The notes under the pieces: generated by a model
Databases searched by the model: none
Told to the model about the DNA's origin: nothing
The model's input: only the letters and a program-made list of their open reading frames with translations
Source: an uncultured Chloroflexia bacterium
GTDB lineage: Bacteria > Chloroflexota > Anaerolineae > Anaerolineales > UBA11858
NCBI GenBank assembly: GCA_963827805.1
Contig: CAWHCC010000002.1
Location: 338,261-402,260 of the forward strand
Length of the DNA stretch: 64,000 bases
Reading direction: 5' to 3'
Made by a program: the position numbers and the translations under genes
Part shown: positions 1 through 9,753 of the stretch, in pieces
Position numbering within the stretch: the stretch's first letter is position 1
Layout of the letters: each line of letters begins with the position of its first letter

Positions 1-1155
1 TTCTCGAGTATTTTAGGATCCATCAATATCATGGTCACTTTCCTGACCATGCGGGCCAAGGGCATGTCGCTTTTCAAGACGCCGGTCTTTGCCTGGACAG
101 CTTTTTCTACAGCCATTATCCAATTCGCCGCCACACAATTGATCGGACTCTCATTTTTGATGTCCATGTTCCAGCGCCTCTTTGGGATGGGCTTCTTTGA
201 TCCAGCTAAAGGTGGCGATGTCGTTTTGTTCCAACACTTATTCTGGTTCTATTCGCACCCGGTGGTTTACGTATTCGTGCTCACTGGTTTGGGTGTGATC
301 AGCGAAATTTTACCGGTGTTTGCCCGCAAGCCGCTCTTTGGCTATAAATGGGTAGCGCTCTCCTCGCTGGGGATTGCCTTGGTAGGCTTCTTTGTCTGGG
401 CCCACCATATGTTCACTGCGGGGATGGCCCCATACCTGCGAGTACCCTTCATGGTCAGTACACTTTTGGTCGCTGTGCCCACGGGGATCAAGTTCTTTAG
501 TTGGATCGCGACCCTCTGGCAGGGCAAGCTGATCTTTCCTACACCGATGTTGTTTGCCCTCGGCGCGATTGTGATTTTCTTGCTAGGTGGTTTGACTGGC
601 CCACCGGCTGGTACCGTAGCCACCGACCTTTATATTCACGATACATATTTCATCGTTGGCCATTTCCATGCCACCATGTTCGGCGGTTATATCTTCCCCT
701 TCTTCGCGGCGATCTACTATTGGTTCCCGAAGATGACGGGCAAAATGTACAGCGAACGTATGGGCAAGGCCCATTTCTGGCTGATGTTCCCGGCTTTCTT
801 AGTACAAACCCTCGGGCAGATGGATGTCGGCCTCTTGGGTATGCGCCGCCGCATCGCCGATTACGATCCTGCTTTAGGCATTGGCACCGTGCAGTTTGCT
901 GTCACGATCGCCGGTTTTTTGATCGCAATTTCCGTAGCGGTATTGATTTACAACATCTACTTCAGTGCCCGATACGGCGAGAAAGCCGTTGCTAACCCCT
1001 GGCGCTCGCGCTCCCCAGAATTCCAGGTAGCCTCGCCGGTCCCCGTGCATAACTTCGATCGCCCGATTGAAGTGGTGGGCAATCCCTACGATTACGGTTT
1101 GCCAGGATCCACCTACGTGCAATTAACTGCTCCAGAAATGGCTGCTGGTGATTGA
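1..1155 (+). CDS. ctaD: Cytochrome c oxidase subunit I, A2 type (5'-truncated by window edge)
   Basis: Frame open from base 1; motifs FWFYSHPVVY, WAHH, HDTYFIVGHFH, GMRRR; YSHP marks A2-type heme-copper oxidases. Confidence 0.97.
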   Translation, partial: FSSILGSINIMVTFLTMRAKGMSLFKTPVFAWTAFSTAIIQFAATQLIGLSFLMSMFQRLFGMGFFDPAKGGDVVLFQHLFWFYSHPVVYVFVLTGLGVISEILPVFARKPLFGYKWVALSSLGIALVGFFVWAHHMFTAGMAPYLRVPFMVSTLLVAVPTGIKFFSWIATLWQGKLIFPTPMLFALGAIVIFLLGGLTGPPAGTVATDLYIHDTYFIVGHFHATMFGGYIFPFFAAIYYWFPKMTGKMYSERMGKAHFWLMFPAFLVQTLGQMDVGLLGMRRRIADYDPALGIGTVQFAVTIAGFLIAISVAVLIYNIYFSARYGEKAVANPWRSRSPEFQVASPVPVHNFDRPIEVVGNPYDYGLPGSTYVQLTAPEMAAGD

Positions 1156-1175
1156 TAATAAAATAACCTGAGAAA

Positions 1176-1288
1176 CATGTCATTGCGAGGTGGGTAATTT
1201 TCTGCCGAAGCAATCTCATCAATCCGAGGAGATTGCCACGCTTCGTTCCCCTGAAGTACGCAGAGCGAACTTCGCTCGCAATGACGTG
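1176..1288. repeat. Palindromic REP/MITE-like intergenic element
   Basis: Outer IR GTCATTGCGAG (1179-1189)/CTCGCAATGAC (1275-1285); inner IR GCAATCTC (1210-1217)/GAGATTGC (1229-1236). Confidence 0.8.
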
Positions 1289-1302
1289 AAATCGGAGATT
1301 TG

Positions 1303-1515
1303 ATGATGGATAAAAAGAAAAAGAAAGCAGCGTACGAAAAAGGCCTGATTGTTCTGGTGTGGTTGGCTGTACTCTCGATTGGCGAATTATGGTTCGCCCT
1401 GATGGATATTCCCTGGTGGAGTTTGCTGGTATTCATAGCCTTGGTCAAAGCTATATTGGTTTTACGCGATTATATGCACATTGGCCGTTTATTTGCTGGG
1501 GAGGAGGAACATTAA
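1303..1515 (+). CDS. Cytochrome c oxidase subunit IV
   Basis: Small 2-TM protein with KA...YMH motif, inside cox cluster; GGAG SD at 1294. Confidence 0.88.
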   Translation: MMDKKKKKAAYEKGLIVLVWLAVLSIGELWFALMDIPWWSLLVFIALVKAILVLRDYMHIGRLFAGEEEH

Positions 1516-2088
1516 ATGACCGTTGTAACCCAAACTTTGAGCGAATATAAATCGCAACTGACCCGCAACCGCATGGGACTGTGGCTGTTCATGATCTCGG
1601 AGGCTTTCCTGTTTGGCGGCCTATTAATTTCCCGGATTGTGCTGTGGGGTGGGACCCGGCCTCATTTGGAGCAAGGTCTGGCCTTTGTGTTGACTGCTGC
1701 TTTGTTAGTCAGCAGCTTCTTTATGAACCGTGCTGAGACTGCCATCGAGCACGGCGATCTCAAAGAGTTCAAGCGGAGCATCTTGTGGACGATCTCTCTC
1801 GGTACGCTCTTTTTGTTAGGCGTTGTGGCCCTCGAATGGCCGACCTCTGGTCTGAGCGCTTCTGAAGATGCTTATGGTGCGGTCTTCTTCATGATGACAG
1901 GCATGCATGCGTTCCACGTTCTCACTGGAATTATTTTCTTGGTGGTAGTTTACCGTAATGGTAAAAATGGTTCGTACACGCCTGAAAAACACTGGGCTGT
2001 TGAAGCCGCCGCTATCTACTGGCACTTTGTCGATTTGGTTTGGATTTTCTTCTACCCGGCCATCTACCTAATCGGAACATTAGGATAA
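1516..2088 (+). CDS. ctaE: Cytochrome c oxidase subunit III
   Basis: GLWLFMISE, FFMMTGMHAFHV, YWHFVDLVW motifs. Confidence 0.96.
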   Translation: MTVVTQTLSEYKSQLTRNRMGLWLFMISEAFLFGGLLISRIVLWGGTRPHLEQGLAFVLTAALLVSSFFMNRAETAIEHGDLKEFKRSILWTISLGTLFLLGVVALEWPTSGLSASEDAYGAVFFMMTGMHAFHVLTGIIFLVVVYRNGKNGSYTPEKHWAVEAAAIYWHFVDLVWIFFYPAIYLIGTLG

Positions 2089-2090
2089 TA

Positions 2091-2123
2091 AAATGACAGT
2101 CACTTCAAAAGTGACTGTCATTT
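2091..2123. repeat. Perfect 15-bp-stem hairpin (REP-like)
   Basis: AAATGACAGTCACTT-caa-AAGTGACTGTCATTT. Confidence 0.85.
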
Positions 2124-2133
2124 CGAGTGTACT

Positions 2134-2689
2134 CATGAACCCCGCCCTCGTTCACGCCTTTTTGCGCCGGTTTTTTGGCTTGCTAATCGTCGCTCTACTC
2201 TTTGTCTTAGCGATGAGTGAGGGGTTTTATTTTTTCATACGCAACAATTCGGAACGCACACCCCAAACTTTTGAAATTACCATACCAGCAGGAACTGGCG
2301 AACGCATTTCAGCGGGTGAACCTGGCCCCGAAATTCCCAACACCGTTTTTGTTGTCGGCGATACCCTTACCGTTCACAACCTCGATCGTACCTCACATGA
2401 ACTCGGTCCCATCTGGCTGCCGCCGGGCACCAGTGGATCGTTGGCCTTGGGCGAAGCCAACGATTTCATCTTCAATTGCTCATTTCAGTCCACGCAGTTT
2501 TTAGGACTGACCGTCCGCGATGCTACCACCTGGACTTCGCGGCTCTCCGCACTGTGGTACGGCACGCCGCCGATCTGGATGTTCTTACTGGTCTATAGTT
2601 TCGCGCTTTACCCACTCAAGGGTAGGGATGATGAAGACGGTGCTGACCCTGCGGATGAAACTGCGATCCAGAGGACAGCAGCAATCTGA
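2134..2689 (+). CDS. Membrane-anchored protein with probable cupredoxin-like domain, in cox cluster
   Basis: TM at both ends; central GDTLTVHNLD...HELGP...LPPG...FNCSF resembles cupredoxin strands; the ATG at 2093 lies inside the hairpin, so 2134 is preferred. Confidence 0.6.
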
Positions 2690-2781
2690 AAGCGTATCCA
2701 TTGATCGTTGGGGAGGGTCAAATTAGAATTTCGGGTGGGATGTGACCTTTGAGCGCAATTATCATCTAAAATTATATAATT

Positions 2782-3633
2782 ATGATTTCCCGTCTATTTC
2801 GTCGCCCCTGGATATTTGTTACTATTTTGGTGATCCTCGCGTCAGTCGTCATGCTTCGTTTGGGTATCTGGCAGCTTGACCGCTTAGCTGGCCGCCGCGC
2901 ATTCAATTTGCAGGTGCTCTCCCAAATTGATGAACCGCCCCTGCCCCTGACTGATGATTTGCTATCAGGCGATATTGAAACCTTGGAGTTTCGCACCGTT
3001 CTAATCGAGGGGGTGTATGATTTGGAAAACACGTTGGTTTTGGGTAATCAGGTATGGGAAGAGCAGATTGGGGTGCATCTACTGACACCGCTGAAGATTG
3101 CAGGGACAGAAGGCGTAATCTTGGTCGACCGAGGTTGGATCCCCTTTGAAGATTGGGAGAACCGCAATTTGAGCGCCTACGATGAGTTTGGGACCGTTAC
3201 GGTAGAAGGGATGCTGCGGGTCACGCAGACCAAACTCGGTTTGCGCGATTGCCTCGATGAAACTGCTGGTGAAATGCCGTTTCAAGTTTGGTGTCTGGCG
3301 TTGGATGGCATTGCTGTTCACCTGCCTAATGACCTTCTGCCTGTTTATTTGATCCAGGCACCAGAGAGAGAGCAAGGCGCACCGCCTTATAAAGCTATTC
3401 CCCAAATTGAGATCACCGAAGGACCACATTTGAGTTATGCTATCCAGTGGTTTACGTTTGCTGCAATATTATTGATCGGGTACCCTTTCTTTGTAAAACG
3501 CGAGGTACAGGCCCGCGAGCGTAAAGCGCGCGCAGAAGCCGGTCAAGAAGTTGAACCCGCTGAAGATGAATACCATGGTTGGGCCGAGCATTTGGATAAA
3601 GAACAGAAAGAAGCTTATAAGATGGATGAGTAA
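2782..3633 (+). CDS. SURF1 family oxidase assembly protein
   Basis: LGIWQLDR, LVDRGWIP, HLSYAIQWF motifs. Confidence 0.95.
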   Translation: MISRLFRRPWIFVTILVILASVVMLRLGIWQLDRLAGRRAFNLQVLSQIDEPPLPLTDDLLSGDIETLEFRTVLIEGVYDLENTLVLGNQVWEEQIGVHLLTPLKIAGTEGVILVDRGWIPFEDWENRNLSAYDEFGTVTVEGMLRVTQTKLGLRDCLDETAGEMPFQVWCLALDGIAVHLPNDLLPVYLIQAPEREQGAPPYKAIPQIEITEGPHLSYAIQWFTFAAILLIGYPFFVKREVQARERKARAEAGQEVEPAEDEYHGWAEHLDKEQKEAYKMDE

Positions 3634-3637
3634 TAAT

Positions 3638-3712
3638 TTCACCACCAAGGCACAAAGAAAATACAAAGTTTTCGCTTTGTACATCTTGGTGTTTTAGTGC
3701 CATCGTGGTGAA
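3638..3712. repeat. Degenerate palindromic intergenic repeat
   Basis: TTCACCACCAAGGCAC...GTGCCATCGTGGTGAA imperfect IR with inner ACAAAG/CTTTGT. Confidence 0.65.
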
Positions 3713-3727
3713 TTTTCGAGGTGTGGG

Positions 3728-5521
3728 ATGACAATAAAGAGACCGAGCTTGAAATTTGAATTTCGCCATTTACTGTTGGCCGCAGCGATCCTTTCTTATA
3801 TTGTGATTGTGTTGGGGGTTTTGACGCGTGTTACGGCTGGCGGGAGTTGCCCGGATTGGCCGACATGCTACGGTAGTTGGACGGCACCCATGCAAAGCAA
3901 TGCGATGCTTGATTATTTGCATCGCTCGGCGACAGTTTTGGCTGGCGTATTAGGTTTGGGAGCGCTCATTTGGAGTTGGCAGCAGTTTCGACATTCCCGC
4001 TTGATTTTTACTACCTTGCTCTTCTCTCTTTTTGCTTTTGGTGCCGAAATTGTGGTCAGCGCTGCCGGTGTTTTTAATCTTCTCCCCCTTGTCCTGGAAA
4101 GCAGCTTGCATTTAGGTTTGGCTTTGCTAATTTTCGGCTTACAACTCGTGGCTGTTTCCTCGGCATTTCAACTGAAAGTTCCCTCTCGTTTACATTTCCA
4201 AGCTCCCTTTGCCCACTTGAATTTGATCACTCTGTTGGCGATTTTCAGTCTATTGGTCAGCGGCACATTGGTTTCAGTGACAGGTGCTACCGCATATTGT
4301 GAAGGCTGGCCGTTGTGCGAGCCGCAGGGAACCTTGGGCTGGCTCAATCTCGGCCATCGCGCCATCGTCGGCGTGACCGGCATTCTAGTCGCTTTCTTGT
4401 TGGTGCGAGCCTGGCAGACACAGCGTTCACAGCCGGTAATTCTAGTAGCAGCAACTTCGACAGCTGTTCTGTTGGTTGCTCAGGCTTTGATGGGTGCGGT
4501 AGACGTGGCCCAGAATTTTCCACCGTATTTACTAGCCTTGCACTTGGCGACCTCGGTAGCCGTATTTGCGACAGCAACGCTGGCTGCCACTTTTTCAGGG
4601 TTAGCCAATCGGACAGCGGCCGATGAGCGGCTTGAGCATCGTGAATGGCGCATGCGTGCTTGGAAGGGGATGTCGAAAGATTTATTGATGCTCACGAAAC
4701 CCATCGTGGTCTTGCTGCTGCTCGTAACCACCTACGCGGGGATGGTGATCGGTGCCCAAGCCTGGCCCTCCATGAGTTTGACCTTTTGGACGATGCTGGG
4801 CGGTTTCATGGCCGCGGGAGGTTCAGGCGCAATCAACCAGTATATCGACCGCAAAGATGACATTCGCATGCAGCGCACTCAAAAACGTCCGATTCCTTCT
4901 GGGCGGTTGACCCCTGCTGAGGGGTTAGCATTTGGCGTCGCCCTGAGCCTGGGTTCATTTTTCATCATGGTTGCTTTTGTCAATATGTTGGCCGCACTAC
5001 TCTCTCTGGCGGGGATTATCTACTATGTTTTGTTGTACAGCATCTTCCTAAAAAAGACCACCGTGCAGAATATCGTCATCGGCGGTGGGGCAGGGGCAAT
5101 CCCACCGTTGGTGGGGTGGGCCGCGGCAACTGGTAGTTTGAATATTCCCTCGTTGTTTTTGTTCGCCATAGTCTTCATGTGGACTCCTCCGCATTTTTGG
5201 GCATTAGCCATTGTGCGCCGCAAAGATTATGCTCGTGCTGGTGTACCGATGCTCCCGGTCGTGCGCGGCGAAGCCGAAACTCGAAAACAAATTTTCATAT
5301 ATACTGTGGAGTTAGTCACCCTGACTCTTTTAATCCCCTTGTTTGGGTTGGGTGGCAGTGTTTATTTCGTACTGGCCGCGATTTTGGGTTTGTGGCTGCT
5401 AGGGACAGCATGGAAAGTTTGGAAAACAGAAGGAAATAAGATTGCCTGGAAGATGTACCGTTATTCGAGCATGTATCTGGCCTTTATTTTTGCTGCTTTG
5501 ATGGTCGATGCACTTTTGTAG
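3728..5521 (+). CDS. ctaB: Fused heme A synthase (CtaA/COX15) and heme O synthase (CtaB/CyoE)
   Basis: N half: CPDWPTC and CEGWPLC loops plus four TM His; C half: LTKP, NQYIDRKDD..MQRT..RP, WTPPHF, DYARAGVPMLP. Confidence 0.95.
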   Translation: MTIKRPSLKFEFRHLLLAAAILSYIVIVLGVLTRVTAGGSCPDWPTCYGSWTAPMQSNAMLDYLHRSATVLAGVLGLGALIWSWQQFRHSRLIFTTLLFSLFAFGAEIVVSAAGVFNLLPLVLESSLHLGLALLIFGLQLVAVSSAFQLKVPSRLHFQAPFAHLNLITLLAIFSLLVSGTLVSVTGATAYCEGWPLCEPQGTLGWLNLGHRAIVGVTGILVAFLLVRAWQTQRSQPVILVAATSTAVLLVAQALMGAVDVAQNFPPYLLALHLATSVAVFATATLAATFSGLANRTAADERLEHREWRMRAWKGMSKDLLMLTKPIVVLLLLVTTYAGMVIGAQAWPSMSLTFWTMLGGFMAAGGSGAINQYIDRKDDIRMQRTQKRPIPSGRLTPAEGLAFGVALSLGSFFIMVAFVNMLAALLSLAGIIYYVLLYSIFLKKTTVQNIVIGGGAGAIPPLVGWAAATGSLNIPSLFLFAIVFMWTPPHFWALAIVRRKDYARAGVPMLPVVRGEAETRKQIFIYTVELVTLTLLIPLFGLGGSVYFVLAAILGLWLLGTAWKVWKTEGNKIAWKMYRYSSMYLAFIFAALMVDALL

Positions 5522-5779
5522 ATATCCCCACGCAATATAAATCCGAGGGCAGGAATTGGTTGTTGCTTTCCCAGAATGTTTCAACCACGGTTAAAGGGTT
5601 ATCTCAAATCCCTTGGCACTGAGTTTTTCAACTGCTAAGGCAAGCCTAATTGTTTGATTGCGCGGGAAATTCTTATTGGACTGCATTTCCTGGGTGCATT
5701 GATATGAGGGGAAATATCCGAGGTTTAAATTTTTATTGTCCAATGGATTGGAAAAAGACTTTTGTGACTGGTGGTGGAG

Positions 5780-5986
5780 ATGGAGCTGAAAATAATTCCA
5801 GTAGAAATTAGGTGCATTGACAATGAACCGCAGGTAACTATAGTGGAATCAGGTGAAGTATTAGAAGTTGTTTTAGGAAATTTTGAAGGCGGTATCTTTG
5901 TAAAATATCTCGGCGATGAGTATCTGATTGACACTGACTATCCCTGTTGGGCTGGTGGAAACGGTGTTATGCATCTAAGGTGTTAA
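5780..5986 (+). CDS. Small hypothetical protein
   Basis: Short acidic ORF, no recognisable motif; start uncertain. Confidence 0.35.
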   Translation: MELKIIPVEIRCIDNEPQVTIVESGEVLEVVLGNFEGGIFVKYLGDEYLIDTDYPCWAGGNGVMHLRC

Positions 5987-6080
5987 TCCGCCAACCTAGA
6001 TCCGGCTGTTTTAATAATTGTCTCAAAAATGGTTGGCCTGTTCTTTGCGAAAAATTAAATAATCTGGCACCTTGTTTATC

Positions 6081-6158
6081 CCACCCCCAAGGGTATCCCC
6101 TGACCCTTGGGGGTGGAGAATTGTGTAGTAAAAACCCACCTTCATTTGGGGGCTTTTT
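6081..6158. terminator. Two adjacent hairpins, likely terminator for the LDT genes
   Basis: 14-bp stem CCACCCCCAAGGGT/ACCCTTGGGGGTGG (6081-6116), then an A/T-flanked imperfect hairpin at 6130-6158. Confidence 0.6.
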
Positions 6159-7242
6159 ATTCGACCACATCAACTCGGGTGCCACGTTCGTAGCGATGCC
6201 ATTCTCCTGGTTCTAGCACTGGCGTTGTCCAGCGGTAGAGCCATTTAGCTTCATCGGGGCGTAAATTGACACATCCGGCACTCATGCGATGACCAAAGTT
6301 GTCGTGCCAGTAGGCTCCATGGAAAGCTACACCAGTCGCTACGAAGAACATATTCCAGGGCACGCCGGGTAGTTCGTAGGCGTAGATGTTGCTATCAGTG
6401 GTGCCATCACCCATGTGACGGGAAGGCATCTTATTGCCGATGTGGAATCTTCCCAAGGGGGTATCGGTTGGGATCCCGTTGATGGTTGGCCCATCGGTGT
6501 GCACCCCTGTAGAGACATAGGTTTCAAAAACAGGTAAATTCCCCTCGAAAGCGGTCAGGCTTTGTTTTTCAATTGAAACTTGGATATGTTTTTCATCGGG
6601 ATGTATGTGTTCGGAGATTGGGGTGAGTTCATGGGGTTGAATTAACCGCACAAAGAAAGCCGGAATAATATAACGTACCCGTAGCCGCTCATCGGTAATT
6701 TCATACCAGAGTTGGTCCGGTATATGCCAGGGTCCTTCAGTAGGGCCGGTGACGATGTCAGTGATCCAGTGGACGGTTTGATAATACAGACGGTAAAACG
6801 GCTGCCAGCCGTGGGAACGGCTAAATCTCAACCCCTGCGCATAGGCATATGTGATTTCGCCCAGCTGGCCGCCCTCAGGGATTGAATTGACCGTTCGATT
6901 GAGCTGATATTGGATGCGCTGAATATGTCCGCTGTGGATCAGCCCCTTCGTGGTTTGGTACCAATTTGGATTAGTACCTTTCCATCCCAGGGTTGTGGGT
7001 ACGACGGACATAATTGCCACGATCGTATCCTTTTTTAAGCGGCCTAGTCGCTCACTCTTAAAAGATGGTTCCGTGTATATGTTGACATAATCTGCAGCTA
7101 CCCGCCCGTAAGCGATTGGTTTTGGAATTCGATCTTCTGGGGGTAATTCAGCCTGACTGAAATCTGACCTTCGGAATGCCATTGCTCCCAGGGAGAGGAG
7201 GCTTATTCTCAAAAAATCGCGGCGGGTTATTTGGGAACTCAT
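6157..7242 (-). CDS. L,D-transpeptidase (YkuD) with Tat signal
   Basis: MSSQITRRDFL signal (ATG 7242); AFHGAYWH...MSAGCVN. Confidence 0.92.
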   Translation of the reverse strand: MSSQITRRDFLRISLLSLGAMAFRRSDFSQAELPPEDRIPKPIAYGRVAADYVNIYTEPSFKSERLGRLKKDTIVAIMSVVPTTLGWKGTNPNWYQTTKGLIHSGHIQRIQYQLNRTVNSIPEGGQLGEITYAYAQGLRFSRSHGWQPFYRLYYQTVHWITDIVTGPTEGPWHIPDQLWYEITDERLRVRYIIPAFFVRLIQPHELTPISEHIHPDEKHIQVSIEKQSLTAFEGNLPVFETYVSTGVHTDGPTINGIPTDTPLGRFHIGNKMPSRHMGDGTTDSNIYAYELPGVPWNMFFVATGVAFHGAYWHDNFGHRMSAGCVNLRPDEAKWLYRWTTPVLEPGEWHRYERGTRVDVVE

Positions 7243-7379
7243 TTTGGTTCGCAGTTTCCCCACTCCCCGCGGGATAGTGGATAGGGGTGAGGGCAATTAA
7301 AGGTAGAAAATTTGGGAGATGCTGATAACGTTTTCAAGCAGTCACCCCTAAAGCCTGATGAATCCATCTTGTTTGAATA

Positions 7380-8426
7380 TCAGGTTACCCAAACCGTTGT
7401 ACCGAAACCGCGTTTTTCCCAAATCTCATCTGTGGTCTCTGGATAAGTCCAACGGAAGAGCCATTTGGCTTCTTCGGGGGTCATATTGACACACCCGTGG
7501 CTCATTTTTCGTCCATAGTTTTGATGCCAATACGTGCCGTGGAAAGCCACACCGGTTTCGGTAAAGAAACTGCTCCAGGGGACGCCGGGTAGTTCATAGG
7601 CATAGATATCGTCGGTCAGGTGACCATCGCCCATATGCTTTGACGGCATTTTTACTTCAATATTGAAACGTCCGGTAGGGGTTTTGGTCGAGATTTGTCC
7701 GGGCAGGTTCATACCTGGAATACCGGTAGATACGAGCGTATGCAAAACGACCTCATCATTTTCGTAGGCAGTTAAATTTTGCTCGATAAGATTGACTTCA
7801 ATGCGTTTCGCTTCCCAGGGAACTTCGGGAGAGATTGGTGTTAGCTCCTCAGGTTGGATGACGCGCATATGGGTGGCTGGGACAAAATATTCTACGTGTA
7901 ATAGTTCGTCCATTAGTTTGTACCAGGGGCGTTTGTCGGGACCTTCATCAACATCCATAATCCAGTGTACAGATTGGTAATAAAGTTTATAGACAGGTTT
8001 CCACCCGTAAGTTTCTGTGTAACGATAAGAACGAGTATAGGGTACTCCAATTTCGCCTAATTGCCCACTTTTTGGGAACCAGTAAACTGTTTCGTGCAAA
8101 CGGCGGCCATCGACCCGTTGAGTGTATGAACTGGCTGCGAAACCTTTATCTAGACGGTACCAGCGGGGGCTATTGTCATACTCAGGATAAACTTGATTCA
8201 GTTCTTCGTATATCGGCAGCAATTCATCCCGCTTAACAACGCCAATGACTTCACTGTCAGCCGTGGGTTCCTTGAAAATATCGATTTCGTCGATCGTTAC
8301 GCGTGCGATCCCAATGGGATATGGTGTGGCGTTTTGAGGGAGCCCGTCGGTTGTGGGACGGAAGGCTAATGATCCAAGCGCTAAACCGCTAATTTTGAGA
8401 AAATCTCGTCGAGATATAGGTTTCAT
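7380..8426 (-). CDS. L,D-transpeptidase (YkuD) with Tat signal
   Basis: ISRRDFLK; AFHGTYWH...SHGCVN. Confidence 0.94.
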   Translation of the reverse strand: MKPISRRDFLKISGLALGSLAFRPTTDGLPQNATPYPIGIARVTIDEIDIFKEPTADSEVIGVVKRDELLPIYEELNQVYPEYDNSPRWYRLDKGFAASSYTQRVDGRRLHETVYWFPKSGQLGEIGVPYTRSYRYTETYGWKPVYKLYYQSVHWIMDVDEGPDKRPWYKLMDELLHVEYFVPATHMRVIQPEELTPISPEVPWEAKRIEVNLIEQNLTAYENDEVVLHTLVSTGIPGMNLPGQISTKTPTGRFNIEVKMPSKHMGDGHLTDDIYAYELPGVPWSSFFTETGVAFHGTYWHQNYGRKMSHGCVNMTPEEAKWLFRWTYPETTDEIWEKRGFGTTVWVT

Positions 8427-8492
8427 TGTATTTTGATTGTACTTGTAATAATTAGATAAATCAAGTCTGAATTGATTGGGGTAGATTGCCGA

Positions 8493-9551
8493 TTATTCGA
8501 TAATTACCTGTGTACCATAACCGCGAGCATCCCAACCAGTACGGTCTTCGATCGGAAATTCGTATTGTGGGGTAACCCAGCGGAAGAGCCATTTCGCGTC
8601 TTCGTTGCGCATATTGATGCAGCCGTGGCTCATTGGGATGCCAAAGTTATTATGCCAAAAAGTTCCGTGGAAGGCGACACCCGTCTCAAAGATAAAGAAA
8701 CTTGTCCAGGGTACACCCGGTAAACTATACGTGCCTGGCGCTCCCGATGCGGAGAGGCTACCCATATGTTTGGAGGGTGATTTGGAGGTGATATGGTACC
8801 GGCCTTTAGGTGTTCGTGTGCCGATGGGCACATCTTTATTTCCTTGCCCTGAGGATATCCTCGCCCCGAAAACTACTTGATCGCCTTCGTAGGCTGAGAG
8901 AAATTGTCGGGCAAGGGATACTTCAATGCGTTTCTCTTCATAAGGTAAATCGGGCGAGATAGGCGTTAACTCATCCGCAGGGATGGGGCGCATGTGGGTT
9001 GCTGGCACGTAGTTAACTAAATAATCGGTTGCTTCAGAGGTTAGCTCATACCAGGGTTGTTTGTCGGGGCCCTCAACGATATCAGTGATCCAGTGTGTGG
9101 TTTCATAATAAAGCCGAAAATGCTGCTGCCAACCATCATTCCGAGAATATTGGTAAGCCTGTGTATAGGGAATTGTTATTTCAGCGAGTTGGCCCCTTTC
9201 AGGGATGGAATCCAAAGGTGTATTGTACTTGTGGGAAACCATTTGCACATACGCGCTGTGGATATATCCTTCCCAGACACGGTACCAAAATGGATTGTAG
9301 GCCGGACCTTCGGGAGGAGTAAGGGTATAGTAAACGTTAAGTAATTCATCTTGAAGTGTCCAACGCACAACCCCGCTGTGCTCTTGCGGTTCCTGATAAA
9401 TTGCGGTTTGGCGATCCACAGCTATGCGTGCCACTGAATAATCCGGAATTTCGCGCCCTTCCCTTGGATTCGGATTAGGCTTGAATGCAAAACTTCCCAG
9501 CGTTAGAGCGCTGAGCTTTAGAAATTCGCGGCGAGAAATGGTTTTTTGCAT
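8493..9551 (-). CDS. L,D-transpeptidase (YkuD) with Tat signal
   Basis: ISRREFLK; AFHGTFWH...SHGCIN. Confidence 0.94.
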   Translation of the reverse strand: MQKTISRREFLKLSALTLGSFAFKPNPNPREGREIPDYSVARIAVDRQTAIYQEPQEHSGVVRWTLQDELLNVYYTLTPPEGPAYNPFWYRVWEGYIHSAYVQMVSHKYNTPLDSIPERGQLAEITIPYTQAYQYSRNDGWQQHFRLYYETTHWITDIVEGPDKQPWYELTSEATDYLVNYVPATHMRPIPADELTPISPDLPYEEKRIEVSLARQFLSAYEGDQVVFGARISSGQGNKDVPIGTRTPKGRYHITSKSPSKHMGSLSASGAPGTYSLPGVPWTSFFIFETGVAFHGTFWHNNFGIPMSHGCINMRNEDAKWLFRWVTPQYEFPIEDRTGWDARGYGTQVIIE

Positions 9552-9753
9552 AATCTTCTGATGAGACGATCAAAACAGGTCTTACGGTTCCATAGAACGT
9601 GCCCGCTGATTGTACTCAAATAAGAATCGGAAAGCAAGCTGAAAAATCCATGATCGAAAAAAGGATAGTGGTTATTTAATACTTTTCGGAGAAAACCTAA
9701 TTGTTACCAAAGAGCCAGCCGAAAAATCTTTTTCAGGGCGGTATAATACACCT

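Noticed and set aside
5522-5770. Possible ncRNA after ctaAB
   Set aside because: Only a weak 8-bp imperfect stem and no recognisable family.
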